From contig JAUCBJ010005789.1 of the NCBI GenBank assembly GCA_032718475.1, forward strand, positions 1 to 50,428: a stretch of 50,428 bases of DNA, read 5' to 3'. The notes under the pieces are model-generated. The model saw only the letters and a program-made list of their open reading frames with translations, did no database searches and was not told the origin of the DNA. The DNA is from Nemertoderma westbladi (taxonomy: Eukaryota; Animalia; Xenacoelomorpha). The translations under genes and the position numbers were made by a program. Shown piece by piece: positions 1-10,043 of this stretch. Positions within the stretch are counted from its first letter, which is position 1. The number at the start of each line of letters is the position of its first letter.

Positions 1-33
1 TCCTTGTGACATGAATTAAAATTAGAGTCTCCA

Positions 34-960
34 TACTACTACTACTACTAGGTCGAGCGAACTCGGACAGTGGAAATGAGATCCTTCCAGGCTTCCCGAT
101 TCTCCATAGTTGTCGCAATTTCGTTTCTTACAAGTCCAGTATCCCTTTCAAGTTGGTATTTATGTGTTATAGCAAGTCGTCCACCTTTTGTCTTTCCTTG
201 TGTTGGTTGCCAGAAAAGTAGATCTGGTATGACTACTTGCTTCTCCAGATATGAAATAAACAATATAACAACACAATGCCAGCGACAATTACTTCTGGTA
301 TTCCATAAGCTCTTAGTATTTCCAGCATTTTAACTCTTTCGATGGAGTACAATGCTTTCTGGAAATCCACAAATTCCTTTAACCAACCTCCTTAGCGCCA
401 GTATCTGAGCTATTGTTGATCTATTTGGTCGAAATCCGTTTTGGCTCTTACGCAGTAGTTTCTCTATGTGAGGCCTAATCCTATATAGAATCATTTTATT
501 GTATATTTTGGCAGCTACCACAAGCGGACAGATCCCACGATAGTTTGTTGGTATACCGAGGTCTCCTTTCTTGGGGAGAGGCTTTAGTTGACCTTTAGTC
601 CAAATTGGTGGTGGCTTTTCCCCTTTTAACATCCGGTTGCAAACATTCAATAATGGTCTATTTAGCACTCCGGTTTTCCATACCTCCGCTGGGATTTCAT
701 CTAATCCACTCGCTTTATTATTGGACATGCTTTTAATGCTTCTTTGGAGTTCGGCAGGTGTGAAGTCCCCTGTTTCTATAGGTAGTGCCTTGTCAGTTAC
801 TTTGCTTGCAGGGCAGACCTCGATGTTTGGTGGCTGCCAAAGCAAGTTGCTGAAGTGATCTTTCCATTTCCCAACACGTTCTTCAGGACTATCGGCTTTG
901 AGGCGCCCCTTTGCACAACTTTTCCAACCATATTTACCTCATTTACAATTTGACAGGTAA
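34..960 (-). mobile_element. Decayed, 5'-truncated and internally deleted RTE-like non-LTR retrotransposon
   Basis: The minus strand encodes ADSPEERVGKWKDHFSNLL...KASGLDEIPAEVWK...LPKKGDLGIPTNYRGI...QNGFRPNRST, then after a frameshift FVDFQKALYS...LRAYGIPE. It then jumps straight to the C-terminal LLFWQPTQGK...MENREAWKDLI, so the YADD region is missing. The stop codon is the first unit of a (TAG)n tail at 34-50, as is typical of RTE elements. Confidence 0.85.
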
Positions 961-1969
961 GTCTTGATTGTTGATATATGTAAGCAGATGTAATCCATGT
1001 TGTTATGAGGTGCAAGATGTGTTTAGTAATAAAATAAAGGTGCAAGAGGTGTTTAGTAAGTAATAAAATAAATAAAGAAAAGGTTATACTTTTCTAGGTC
1101 CAATTTTTCTATAACTATGGGTGCCGTGTATGTATATGTATATGTATATTTTATAAATTGGCAATATTTCTGTAATGATATTCTGCTGTCGTAATATGTG
1201 GACAAATAATAGATTTACGATTAATTGTATTATGGTATTATGTTGTTACTGTTATTGAGCTCTGGTGTTTTTGTCTAGTTATTATTTGCCAATAAACTAT
1301 CTATCTATCTAATGTCTTCAATTTTATCCTTTATATATATACTTCTCCTGGCTGGTGTTACAGTATAGGCCACTTTAAGACTTATTTAGCTTTCTCAACC
1401 TTGAAATGATTTCGGTTGTGGTTGTTCGGTTTTTACTTTGTAGGCTATCTTTAGATCTCCTCTCTTACAAAGTAAACTCATAGTCTTGCCATGTCACATG
1501 CTGCTTTTGTTTGGCTAATTTCTTGTAGGGCTTTATTTGGGCCTCTCACAAAGCTCTAAGGCCCCCATTCACTGTGGAGACAAGCTTGAATACGAAGCTA
1601 TTGTACATAATAAGACCCAATTCAAATTGGCTCCCTTCCCTGTAATATTTGTTAGAGCAACGCTGTACTGAGGCTTTAGGTTAGGCAAACCATCTCGCGG
1701 GCGATGTGATGTGAAGACAGCTTGAAGCAGCTGCCCGATGATCCAGTTTCACGCGTGGGTAGGTTTAACGGAAATAATACGCTGCTGCTACAAGCGAGAT
1801 ACAGTCACAGAGCACAGAGGGCTGAGGGCACTCAGCTTATTGTAATGAATGCAGTTTGGCTTCAAGCCTAACTTACTGTATAAGTTATTGAGTTATCTTG
1901 AGAGGCATGTGGTCAGTAAATTGGGGAGCGGGGAAAACGGATGCAGAGTATATTGGTGCAGCTTTGTAA

Positions 1970-2364
1970 CAGGCCCGTAGCCAGGATTTTAAAAGGGCGG
2001 TTCGTTTTTTCAAAAAAGGGCATTTCTTTAATTTGTAAAAATAATGACAAATATCCATTGGTTTAGCCAGGGTTGTGGATGGATGATCTGAAACTCGATA
2101 CGAAATGTGTGGGGCACTTTTTAAAGCATATTGATACTGGGATAATGTGAACCATAACTGTTCTATGCAGCTGCTAATGTAACTTTAACATTTGCTTTGC
2201 CGGAAAGGGCTCTTTTACGAATAAGTGAATATAAAAAGAGAATATTTCTCAAAAAGGTGAGTATAAAAAGGGCACATTTCCCAAACATCGGTTCATATAA
2301 AAGGGCACTTTTCTCAAAAGGGCGATTCGTTCGAACCAACGAAACCCCCCAGGCTATGGGCCTG
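1970..2364. mobile_element. 395-bp MITE / non-autonomous DNA transposon with 13-bp TIRs and 5-bp TSD
   Basis: Left end CAGGCCCGTAGCC and right end GGCTATGGGCCTG are inverted with 1 mismatch. TGTAA directly flanks both ends (1965-1969, 2365-2369). AAAAGGGC-like motifs recur internally. Confidence 0.8.
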
Positions 2365-3558
2365 TGTAATCCAAGACTAAACACTGCTTATTGTATGAGA
2401 GTGTTTGCATCATACTATCAATACATTATGTAGCTTCGCCAATAAAATGGAAATAAAATTAATGAATTTGTTATTATAATGCGGGTTTGTTTGACTGTAT
2501 ATTCTTATAAAAGGATTAATCGGATAGGCCCGGGCCTATATTGTATGTTAAATAAATATTAGAAATAAGTAACACAGGAAAGCCCCATTACACGGAAAAT
2601 ATTATATTTACTGTTATACGCAAGTGGAAGTGGGGCCAACTAACTGGTACCTATAGCATAGCTAGTGAAGGTGCCAGCCAGTTTTGAAGGGTATGGGATT
2701 GGCTACACCAAAGTCGAATTTCAAATTGAATGGCCCTGAAAACTCAAAGATTGTTGGGTTAATTAAGCCTTAATAGCGGCAGGTGATAGTAATTGTCCTG
2801 GGTTGCTGAGCGGGTCGAGTAGTTATGTATAGAAGAGGTTTTGGCGAAACGAAGGGCTATAGAGGACAAGGGATTAACAGTTTTAGAATTAATATCACAA
2901 ACAAACCTACTTGGTGTTTATAGAGAGATTTAAGAGGTAAATTACCTAGAGATTTGTATATAGAAGCAGACGAATATTGGTAGTGACTAAAGGTTATACT
3001 GTACATCTACTGTAATAAGTTTATAATACGTAATGATTTGAGTGTAGCATTATAAGTACCTCCACAAAGTAGAATACCGTAGTGCAGATAAGGTGAATTA
3101 GAGAAAATTAGAATGCGTAAAGGAAAAATATAACGAAGTTTATAGAATATACCTGATATTTTACTAATTTTACCTACGTCGGTCTTCCAATTTAACTGAT
3201 TATCTTCCCAAATTCCAAGAAATTTCGTACTTTCAGTACGTCTAACATAGCGCGCGATTATGGAATTTGGGTAGAATTATTTACTGTATGAGGGACACCA
3301 CAGGTTAGCGGTTCTAGAGAAGAGGTATGGTTATCATTTCATTTCATTCATTTAATAATCAAATAAGATTGATATTTAAAATATATATTATGCACAATAT
3401 ATTAAGTAAAATATGGTAGTACGTCCAGAGATAAAAAAAAAAGAACAACAATTATTACTAAAGATCACAAAGATAAATTCCGTGTATGGGCTGAAGATTT
3501 ACAATAATTTAACTGCAAAGTTTATAGGCAAAAGCACAAAAATACATAAAATAGCGTG

Positions 3559-6500
3559 TTAGTATTGGACAGCTGTGTATTCCATAATGCGTTTTATTTT
3601 TGATTCAAGCGAAATAGATCGTAATGAAAAGCAAGAGCCAATGAATTGATCAGTAACTATGTTTGACACTGTGGGTTTTCCTATTTCGATTTGAGCGATA
3701 AGCCCAGGTGAGTCATACTTATAGGTGAGGATCGATTCCAGTCCTGGCAAGGAGAATGACTTCCGTGCGCCGACATAACTACTGGTAAGACCTCTGTAGT
3801 CCATTGGGTTACTACGGTTCTTTATGATACAGAATCTGAAACCAAGTTGGAGAGGTGTGTTAGGACAGGACAAAGAACGGAAGATAGTGCTAACGGAATT
3901 GCGATACGCTTCAATGGATAGAGGTCTACAGTGAGTCACTTGATATAGTGTTGCATTACCAATATAAGAGCCAAGGTGCAGGAGGCTCCTCAGAACTTTC
4001 CTATAGTAGCAATCTAACTTATCCACCTCAGAGGCGCTGAATGCTCCAATGTTGAACTTAAGGGAGTTGAGTAGTACTGGTAAAACCAGTGATCGCCATA
4101 GCTTGAAAATAACAACAGGCTCAAGCCACTGCGTCGTCCAACCATTGGTGTGAAACACTTGAGACATCATCGCAAGTGTTTGTACGGAATCAGATAATGC
4201 AGTATCTGAGTTAGTTAATTTGTATCCAAGTATGCTAAGGTGGTTGGAATTAGTGACCAAGGTACCAGCAATGTTAATAAAGCATGGGATATGTGCTTTG
4301 GTTCGGTGAATCATACACCATTTCGTTTTACTAGACTCTATGATTAGGTTGACCCGAGAAGCCTCAACTTTGATTATTTCCGACATTGCTTCAATGTCTG
4401 CAGGTGATGTCGCCAGTAATAAAAAGTCATCTGCATATGTAAAGGCGCCAAACCAAACCGAGTTTATTCTGCAGCCTAACTGAGAGTCCTCAAGACCTTT
4501 GATAATGCCCTTTGTGTATAAGTTAAACAGTGCTGGTGATAATAGGGAGCCCTGTTTCACACCATGCCGGACCCCGATTGGTGTAAGGTCGACGCGGTTT
4601 CCAAACTTAAGAAAGATGCAACTACATTGGTAGTAAGCTAGAAGAGTTCGAACAACATAAGGGTTGATGACTTCCAATAGTTTGTCGGCCAATATAAAAT
4701 GGTCCACTTCATCAAACGCTGACTTGAGATCGAGCTGACATACAAAAATATTAGAGTTGTTGGAGAGAAAATATTCAATGCATTCTAACATCGTACCGAT
4801 AACAATGTCTGTACCTATCCCTTTTTTATAAGCTGTCTGATGGTCATGGGTAAGAATCGGGCCCAAGTAGTGCACCAGGACGATACGTTCAAATACCTTA
4901 GCAAAAATGCTGATGGATGCTATAGGCCTATAAGATGTTGGTTCCAGTTTGTCTTTACCTTTCCCTTTAAAGAGGCTTGTAAGCAAAGAATGACCAAATA
5001 AAGATGGGACAGCGCCTAGGGAAAAGCAATTATTAATAATTTGACTCAATACATGGCAAATGGGATATGGGTCAAGATGGAGCAGGTGTTCCGCTGTAAG
5101 GGATGCACAGTCGGCGGCTTTCCTTTTAGAAAGGTTGAGTATAGCCTTCTGAATAGCGAGAGGTGAGATATTTGGCGGAGTAGAGTCACTACATGCTGTT
5201 TCAAGTTTGTCGTACATATTCCCGGCTTTGACAGGGTCATCATCATGTGATAAGTTTTTGTAGTAATGTGTTCTCAATTTGGATTGTGTGGACAATGGTA
5301 TTGGATCCTCCTGTGTTTTCCTCTTTATATTGCTCCAGAAGTGTCTCGGGTTGCTGCTGTGAATGCGCATCTGCTTGTGGACTCTGTTAGCAACTATATT
5401 TTTGCTGAGAAAATTTTTCATCCGGCGAGTGGCCCGTTTAGAATCCTTAAATGCAGTTCTAACAGCATCATCCTCATTTTTGCCCTGTTGACACCAAAGT
5501 TTATATAACTGGGAAGTAGTTTGGCTTCGCCTGCGTAGCATATTCGAGCGTATACGAATATTCCTGCTCAACCTAAGTGGCCTACGTGTTGGTATATGGG
5601 CATTAGCTGCATTAAATATTGCATCCTGGACCTGAATCATTTGATAATCGAGATTGGCCACAGATGAGTTACCGTTTGGTGATTTGTGATGGAGAAGGGT
5701 GCACAAAACTTTATTCACATCATCTTTATAATTTTCTATCTGTTTTTCACTAGCTCTATCCCAGTCGAAATGACGTAAGTTTCGAGTAGCACAGTGTACC
5801 TTAGTATCTATATCACTATCCTTATTGGGAGTGGTGGGGCCTATGGAGATATTCACAGCAATGGGAACATGATCTGAGAAATTTGTGACTGGGTCATCAT
5901 CAAAGACACGGCCAGTGTCTATCCAGGGAATGCACCTAGTAGTTGTTATAATGTGGTCAATATATGACTGTCCCCGCCCTCTAAAAGTACAGCAGGGACC
6001 AGTGAATGGTTGTAGTGTGTCAATGGCTGTCATTTTATTCGATTCAAGAAAGGCATGCAACATGTTTCCCCAAGGTGTAGCAGTAGCCCTTGCATATCGG
6101 GGTCCTTGCAATGGTCCAAGATCTGCATTTGTGTCAGCCAGAATGAAGGGTATATGAGAGTCATGTTGCTTCACAATAGCCTGCAATCGTCCAAGGAAAT
6201 CCTTATATAATAAGCTATCTTTATTTGCATCTGGTGCATAGCAGGACAATAAAAGAAGTTTCTCTTGATTGGAATCATCAGTCACCATTGTTATTCCCAC
6301 AATGTCATCACCAGATGAGACACAGGACCAATTGGTTGTAAGACTCTTTTTGAAGAATAGTGCACAGCCACCAGCACCTCGGCGTCTGTTAGGGTTGTTC
6401 ATTAGTCTACTAGATATGTGTACACAATGAAAATTATTGTCAAGAGTTTTCAAGAGATTTACACATTCAGTTTTATCGAGCCAATGTTCCTGTATTGCTA

Positions 6501-6723
6501 CGACATTGTGCTTGGTAAGTAGATCTGCAATATAGTGGCTACTGGTGGAGAACCCACGTACATTGTATGTTGCAAGACTTAGATGTGTGTAGCTATTATT
6601 CAACTTATCTTCTTCAGCAGCAAAGGAGACTGTGTTAAACCAATTGTCGGGCCTCAACAGGTCTTCGATACTGTCTGTGGTAATCTGTCTGCTCCCAGAA
6701 CTTGGACTTGTAGATCCACTCAC
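3559..6723 (-). CDS. LINE ORF2: AP-like endonuclease + reverse transcriptase
   Basis: Uninterrupted 1054 codons. Endonuclease motifs: TYNVRG, AIQEHWL, SCYAP, LADTNAD, SYIDHI, FSDHVP. RT motifs: LTAEHL, SYRPIAS, DLKSAFDEVDH, GVKQGSLLSPALFNLY, YADDFLL. No C-terminal CCHC finger is visible. The listed start is GTG, so the true start is uncertain. Confidence 0.95.
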   Translation of the reverse strand: MSGSTSPSSGSRQITTDSIEDLLRPDNWFNTVSFAAEEDKLNNSYTHLSLATYNVRGFSTSSHYIADLLTKHNVVAIQEHWLDKTECVNLLKTLDNNFHCVHISSRLMNNPNRRRGAGGCALFFKKSLTTNWSCVSSGDDIVGITMVTDDSNQEKLLLLSCYAPDANKDSLLYKDFLGRLQAIVKQHDSHIPFILADTNADLGPLQGPRYARATATPWGNMLHAFLESNKMTAIDTLQPFTGPCCTFRGRGQSYIDHIITTTRCIPWIDTGRVFDDDPVTNFSDHVPIAVNISIGPTTPNKDSDIDTKVHCATRNLRHFDWDRASEKQIENYKDDVNKVLCTLLHHKSPNGNSSVANLDYQMIQVQDAIFNAANAHIPTRRPLRLSRNIRIRSNMLRRRSQTTSQLYKLWCQQGKNEDDAVRTAFKDSKRATRRMKNFLSKNIVANRVHKQMRIHSSNPRHFWSNIKRKTQEDPIPLSTQSKLRTHYYKNLSHDDDPVKAGNMYDKLETACSDSTPPNISPLAIQKAILNLSKRKAADCASLTAEHLLHLDPYPICHVLSQIINNCFSLGAVPSLFGHSLLTSLFKGKGKDKLEPTSYRPIASISIFAKVFERIVLVHYLGPILTHDHQTAYKKGIGTDIVIGTMLECIEYFLSNNSNIFVCQLDLKSAFDEVDHFILADKLLEVINPYVVRTLLAYYQCSCIFLKFGNRVDLTPIGVRHGVKQGSLLSPALFNLYTKGIIKGLEDSQLGCRINSVWFGAFTYADDFLLLATSPADIEAMSEIIKVEASRVNLIIESSKTKWCMIHRTKAHIPCFINIAGTLVTNSNHLSILGYKLTNSDTALSDSVQTLAMMSQVFHTNGWTTQWLEPVVIFKLWRSLVLPVLLNSLKFNIGAFSASEVDKLDCYYRKVLRSLLHLGSYIGNATLYQVTHCRPLSIEAYRNSVSTIFRSLSCPNTPLQLGFRFCIIKNRSNPMDYRGLTSSYVGARKSFSLPGLESILTYKYDSPGLIAQIEIGKPTVSNIVTDQFIGSCFSLRSISLESKIKRIMEYTAVQY

Positions 6724-8590
6724 GACAGTGTATACCTTCCGGCCAGAAATATGGATTCAATAATCGTTCAAGGTTATTCAAGTCAGTAACTATTCTCATG
6801 TTTTTGGAATTTCTATCCTTGTCAAACCTTGTTGTTATGCGCTCAGTGTTAACATTCCTCTCTGATAGATAAGCAATAACATCCTCTTCGGAGTTGCCAC
6901 AGTTTATTCGACTGACAAATACCGAGGTTTTCCTCTTCACTTCAGTAGGTCGCAGTTGCGAAGGTCTATTTGGAGTATAGTTTGGTGGCTTTGTTACATT
7001 TCCTCGCACATCTACACATGCTCCTACATCTTTAATATTTGTAGCTTTCTGATTTACTAAGTTGGATTTGCTTAGTAGTTCCCTAGGGGTAAGCTGCGCT
7101 CTTGATTTAGTGGAAGATTTGGCGGAGAGGGGATTGTTTACATGGCCAGATGGTTCTGAAAGAGGTGCGTATCTGCTTCCAACTGGAATGCTGCCCTTCT
7201 TGCTACTGTTGAGATTTGGACGTGGTGGTTTAGGTTTAGCAGTATGCCTATGGTCCGGTGTTATCCATGTGCCTCCACTGAGAGGTTTGACACAGTTATG
7301 ATATCTCATATTTTCTTGAGATGGAGTCTTGAGCTGTGGATGAACCACTCTAGGTGGGCTATGAGCAATATGTTTAGGGGAAATCGAGTCCACAACAATA
7401 TACCTATCAGGAGATGGAGTCCTTTTTGGCAGGATAACAGAATTAGACTTTTCTGACTTTTCCACTGATGTTAGTTGAATTAATGTCTGTTCTAATCTTC
7501 CTAGTTGGCCTTGAAGGATTACTCGATTATGGCGTTCCAGGCTTAGTTCCTCTTGTATGCCTTTGATATTTTCATGGAGTGATATATTATCTTTTTCTAC
7601 TATGGCAAGCCTGGTTTGAATAGTAGATATGGCACTAAGAAAATCGTTTCTTAAAGAAGTTAAAGTGTATTCATCATCTGCAGTGTCAGCCTTTCTTAGA
7701 CGCTTTCTACAAGGTTCGGTTAGAAGCTTTTCGTGTAGACAGCGAAGAAGCTCAAAAATGTCATTAGCTACCTCAGCTGGTGATGATCGTGGTTTCAACT
7801 GCAGAGTAAAACTCTGTGTGGGTGTAAGGAATGGCTTGATAGACTGAAATAACTCATCCCGTTTGGCAAAATTATCTTTTATATCATTCTGAAGTATTTG
7901 CCGTATTGCTTCTTTCCTAGGGTGGGACATGAGGTCTATATCTATGTTTGTTTGGTTTAAATTTATTTTCGTGTCCATTGCTGATATCAATGGTGGAGAA
8001 GCAGATGTATTGATATTTATGTCCCTGATGCAATGTTGCAGCCAATTGCGTAGTTCATTACTATCTGAATATACTGGTTGTATGGTTGCACAGTCAGTAG
8101 ATAAGGCAAGGGCATACAAGCATACAAATGCACCACAGTCATATCCATTATGTTGCTTCGGGAATGGTGAAATGTAGGACTCATCAACTTTCCAAGGTTC
8201 AGAGCTATGATTGATCTTGTGGACAAGATTGAGTAGTTTACAGATAGTATGGGTTGTACTGTTTGCTGCTGTTTTGTTCATGCTGCATAGTGTATAAACT
8301 GATTTGGTTTGATTATCTGCTACATGTAGAACGAAGTGGGATCTGATGCATTCAGGAAATAGCATTAGTGGCATTGTAGCTGTGTTACAGACACAAGTAA
8401 TGTAGGAAATAGCACTGGACACATCGAAGTTGAACTGATTCAGTTTATCACACAGTGCAGAGTCAATGCACGCGACACTATCTACTCTGCGATCAAGTAT
8501 GGAAAGAAAAGAGTCCACAATAAGCGTGGACAGAAATTGGTCTTCTTTAAAGTAAGCCCAGTCAGGGTCACATGGCTTAAGGAGAACCAA
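6635..8590 (-). CDS. LINE ORF1: N-terminal Ulp1/SENP-like (peptidase C48) domain + coiled coil + disordered linker + C-terminal RRM-like domain
   Basis: FPECIRSHFVLHVAD...VYTLCSM...FPKQHNGYDCGAFVCLYA matches the Ulp1 pattern. A heptad-rich LRNDFL...LEQTLIQL segment follows. SVFVSRI...EEDVIAYL...LLNPYFWPEGIHCREW is the usual LINE ORF1 C-terminal motif. The listed start is TTG; the frame stays open about 29 codons further upstream without an ATG. Confidence 0.88.
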   Translation of the reverse strand: MVLLKPCDPDWAYFKEDQFLSTLIVDSFLSILDRRVDSVACIDSALCDKLNQFNFDVSSAISYITCVCNTATMPLMLFPECIRSHFVLHVADNQTKSVYTLCSMNKTAANSTTHTICKLLNLVHKINHSSEPWKVDESYISPFPKQHNGYDCGAFVCLYALALSTDCATIQPVYSDSNELRNWLQHCIRDININTSASPPLISAMDTKINLNQTNIDIDLMSHPRKEAIRQILQNDIKDNFAKRDELFQSIKPFLTPTQSFTLQLKPRSSPAEVANDIFELLRCLHEKLLTEPCRKRLRKADTADDEYTLTSLRNDFLSAISTIQTRLAIVEKDNISLHENIKGIQEELSLERHNRVILQGQLGRLEQTLIQLTSVEKSEKSNSVILPKRTPSPDRYIVVDSISPKHIAHSPPRVVHPQLKTPSQENMRYHNCVKPLSGGTWITPDHRHTAKPKPPRPNLNSSKKGSIPVGSRYAPLSEPSGHVNNPLSAKSSTKSRAQLTPRELLSKSNLVNQKATNIKDVGACVDVRGNVTKPPNYTPNRPSQLRPTEVKRKTSVFVSRINCGNSEEDVIAYLSERNVNTERITTRFDKDRNSKNMRIVTDLNNLERLLNPYFWPEGIHCREWIYKSKFWEQTDYHRQYRRPVEARQLV

Positions 8591-8704
8591 TCCCCGCTTC
8601 CTAGGCTGTGATGTGGCTGCACATACTACTGCTTCATCATTGAATCCTCGACTAAGGTCAGGGTAACTGGCACAAATTCAACATCTGATGAGCCCGATTC
8701 TCAC

Positions 8705-9190
8705 GATATGTCACGTGAGTGAATCCCTGGTATATGTCACGTGAGTGAATCCCTGGTATATGTCACGTGAGTGAATCCCTGGTATATGTCACGTCAATGG
8801 ATCTCTGGTATATGTCACGTCAGTGAATCCCTGGAGCATGTCACGTGAGTGAATCTGGTATATGTCACGTGAATTAATCCCTGGTATATGTCACGTGAGT
8901 GAATAAATCCCTGGTATATGTCACGTGAGTGAATCCCTGGTATTTGTCACGTGGATGAATCCCTGGTATATGTCACGTGAGTGAATCCCTGGTATTTGTC
9001 ACGTGGATGAATCCCTGGTATATGTCACGTGAGTGAATCCCTGGTATATGTCACGTGAGTGAATTCCTGTTATATGTCATGTGAGTGAATCCCTGGTATA
9101 TGTCACGTGATTGAATCCCTGTTATATCACGTGGTTGAATCCCTGGTATAGGTCACGTGAGTGAATCCTTGCTATATCACGTTGTTGAAT
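8705..9190. repeat. 26-bp minisatellite (TATATGTCACGTGAGTGAATCCCTGG)n, about 18-19 copies
   Basis: Period 26 read directly (TCACGTGAGT at 8711 and 8737). The array degenerates toward 9190-9240. Confidence 0.95.
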
Positions 9191-9292
9191 CTATATTATG
9201 AGTCGTGCTCTCGTGAGTTAGTAAATGTAATGTCACGGGAATGGATCATTGTTTGTATCACATGACTTTACTCACTTGCGTTTTTTGGACAG

Positions 9293-9484
9293 GCGGTAGG
9301 TGACGAGGGTATACAAGCGGTCGCCTCAAGCTGTCATCTACTTTCCTTCCTCTGTCTGTCTGGCTGCACCAATCTCACAGATGTTTCTCTCCACGCTTTA
9401 ACCACAGGCTGTAAGGACCTAAGGACCCTGGAACTAGCAGGTTGCGCCCAGTTTACCGACAACGGATTCCAGACGTTAGCTAGG
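9293..9484 (+). CDS. FBXL20: F-box/LRR-repeat protein FBXL2/FBXL20 family, internal exon
   Basis: ttttttggacAG|AVGDEGIQAVASSCHLLSFLCLSGCTNLTDVSLHALTTGCKDLRTLELAGCAQFTDNGFQTLAR|GTtggt; cysteine-containing LRRs; phase 0. FBXL2 versus FBXL20 cannot be resolved here. Confidence 0.9.
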
Positions 9485-9736
9485 GTTGGTTTCTCTATAA
9501 TGGCTGTTTGATTGTATGCGGTGTATCTGTATACAATAGGTTGATTGTAGATATTAGACAATATGTCGGTCTATAGACCGACTAGACTACAGTATACTGT
9601 AGTCAGATAGATATCGTTTATAGATATTATCCAAGAGTATAATTATATTTTTTTTATTATATTTATAATTACGTTATTTTTTACTTATTTTATGATGTAT
9701 AATCAATCACATACATATTTTATTAATATGATTTAG

Positions 9737-9838
9737 ATATGCAACCAGTTACAACGGATTGACCTTGAGGAATGCATACTACTAACTGATCAAAGCCTTA
9801 ATCACTTTGCAATATTCCTATCGCACCTCGAGCAATTG
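9737..9838 (+). CDS. FBXL20: FBXL2/FBXL20 family internal exon
   Basis: tttAG|ICNQLQRIDLEECILLTDQSLNHFAIFLSHLEQL|GTGAGT; matches the family DLEEC motif; phase 0. Confidence 0.92.
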
Positions 9839-10043
9839 GTGAGTCATAGTCTGCTATTTGTTAAGCTCACATCAGACTTCTGGCTGACGTCTCGCTCACA
9901 TCAGACTTCTTCTGACATCTGGCTTTACCTTTTGGAGACACGAGTAGATTTATGGAGGATTAAAAGAGTTTTGTTTGTTTATAATATTTGCATTGAAATT
10001 ATACATTATTTGTATTATAGTAAGTTCTTATGATAATTATGCC

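Larger units (their letters stand above)
3335..8704 (-). mobile_element. Near full-length two-ORF APE/RT non-LTR retrotransposon (Proto2/RTEX-like by motifs), antisense in the FBXL intron
   Basis: Two long overlapping ORFs, a ~220-bp AT-rich 3' UTR and an (ATGAA)n-type tail at about 3335-3352. The 5' side ends against the 26-bp tandem array. No TSD was identified. Confidence 0.85.

Noticed and set aside
1356-1971. TGTTACA...TGTAACA as a solo LTR
   Set aside because: The right-hand TGTAACA is the MITE's TSD plus its first two bases, and no flanking TSD supports an LTR.
961-3334. Upstream FBXL exons (F-box and earlier LRRs)
   Set aside because: No LRR-like reading frame with splice sites was found; these exons probably lie before the window.
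5046-8226. Short alternative-frame and antisense ORFs inside the LINE
   Set aside because: They are shadow ORFs of ORF1/ORF2 with no recognisable motifs.
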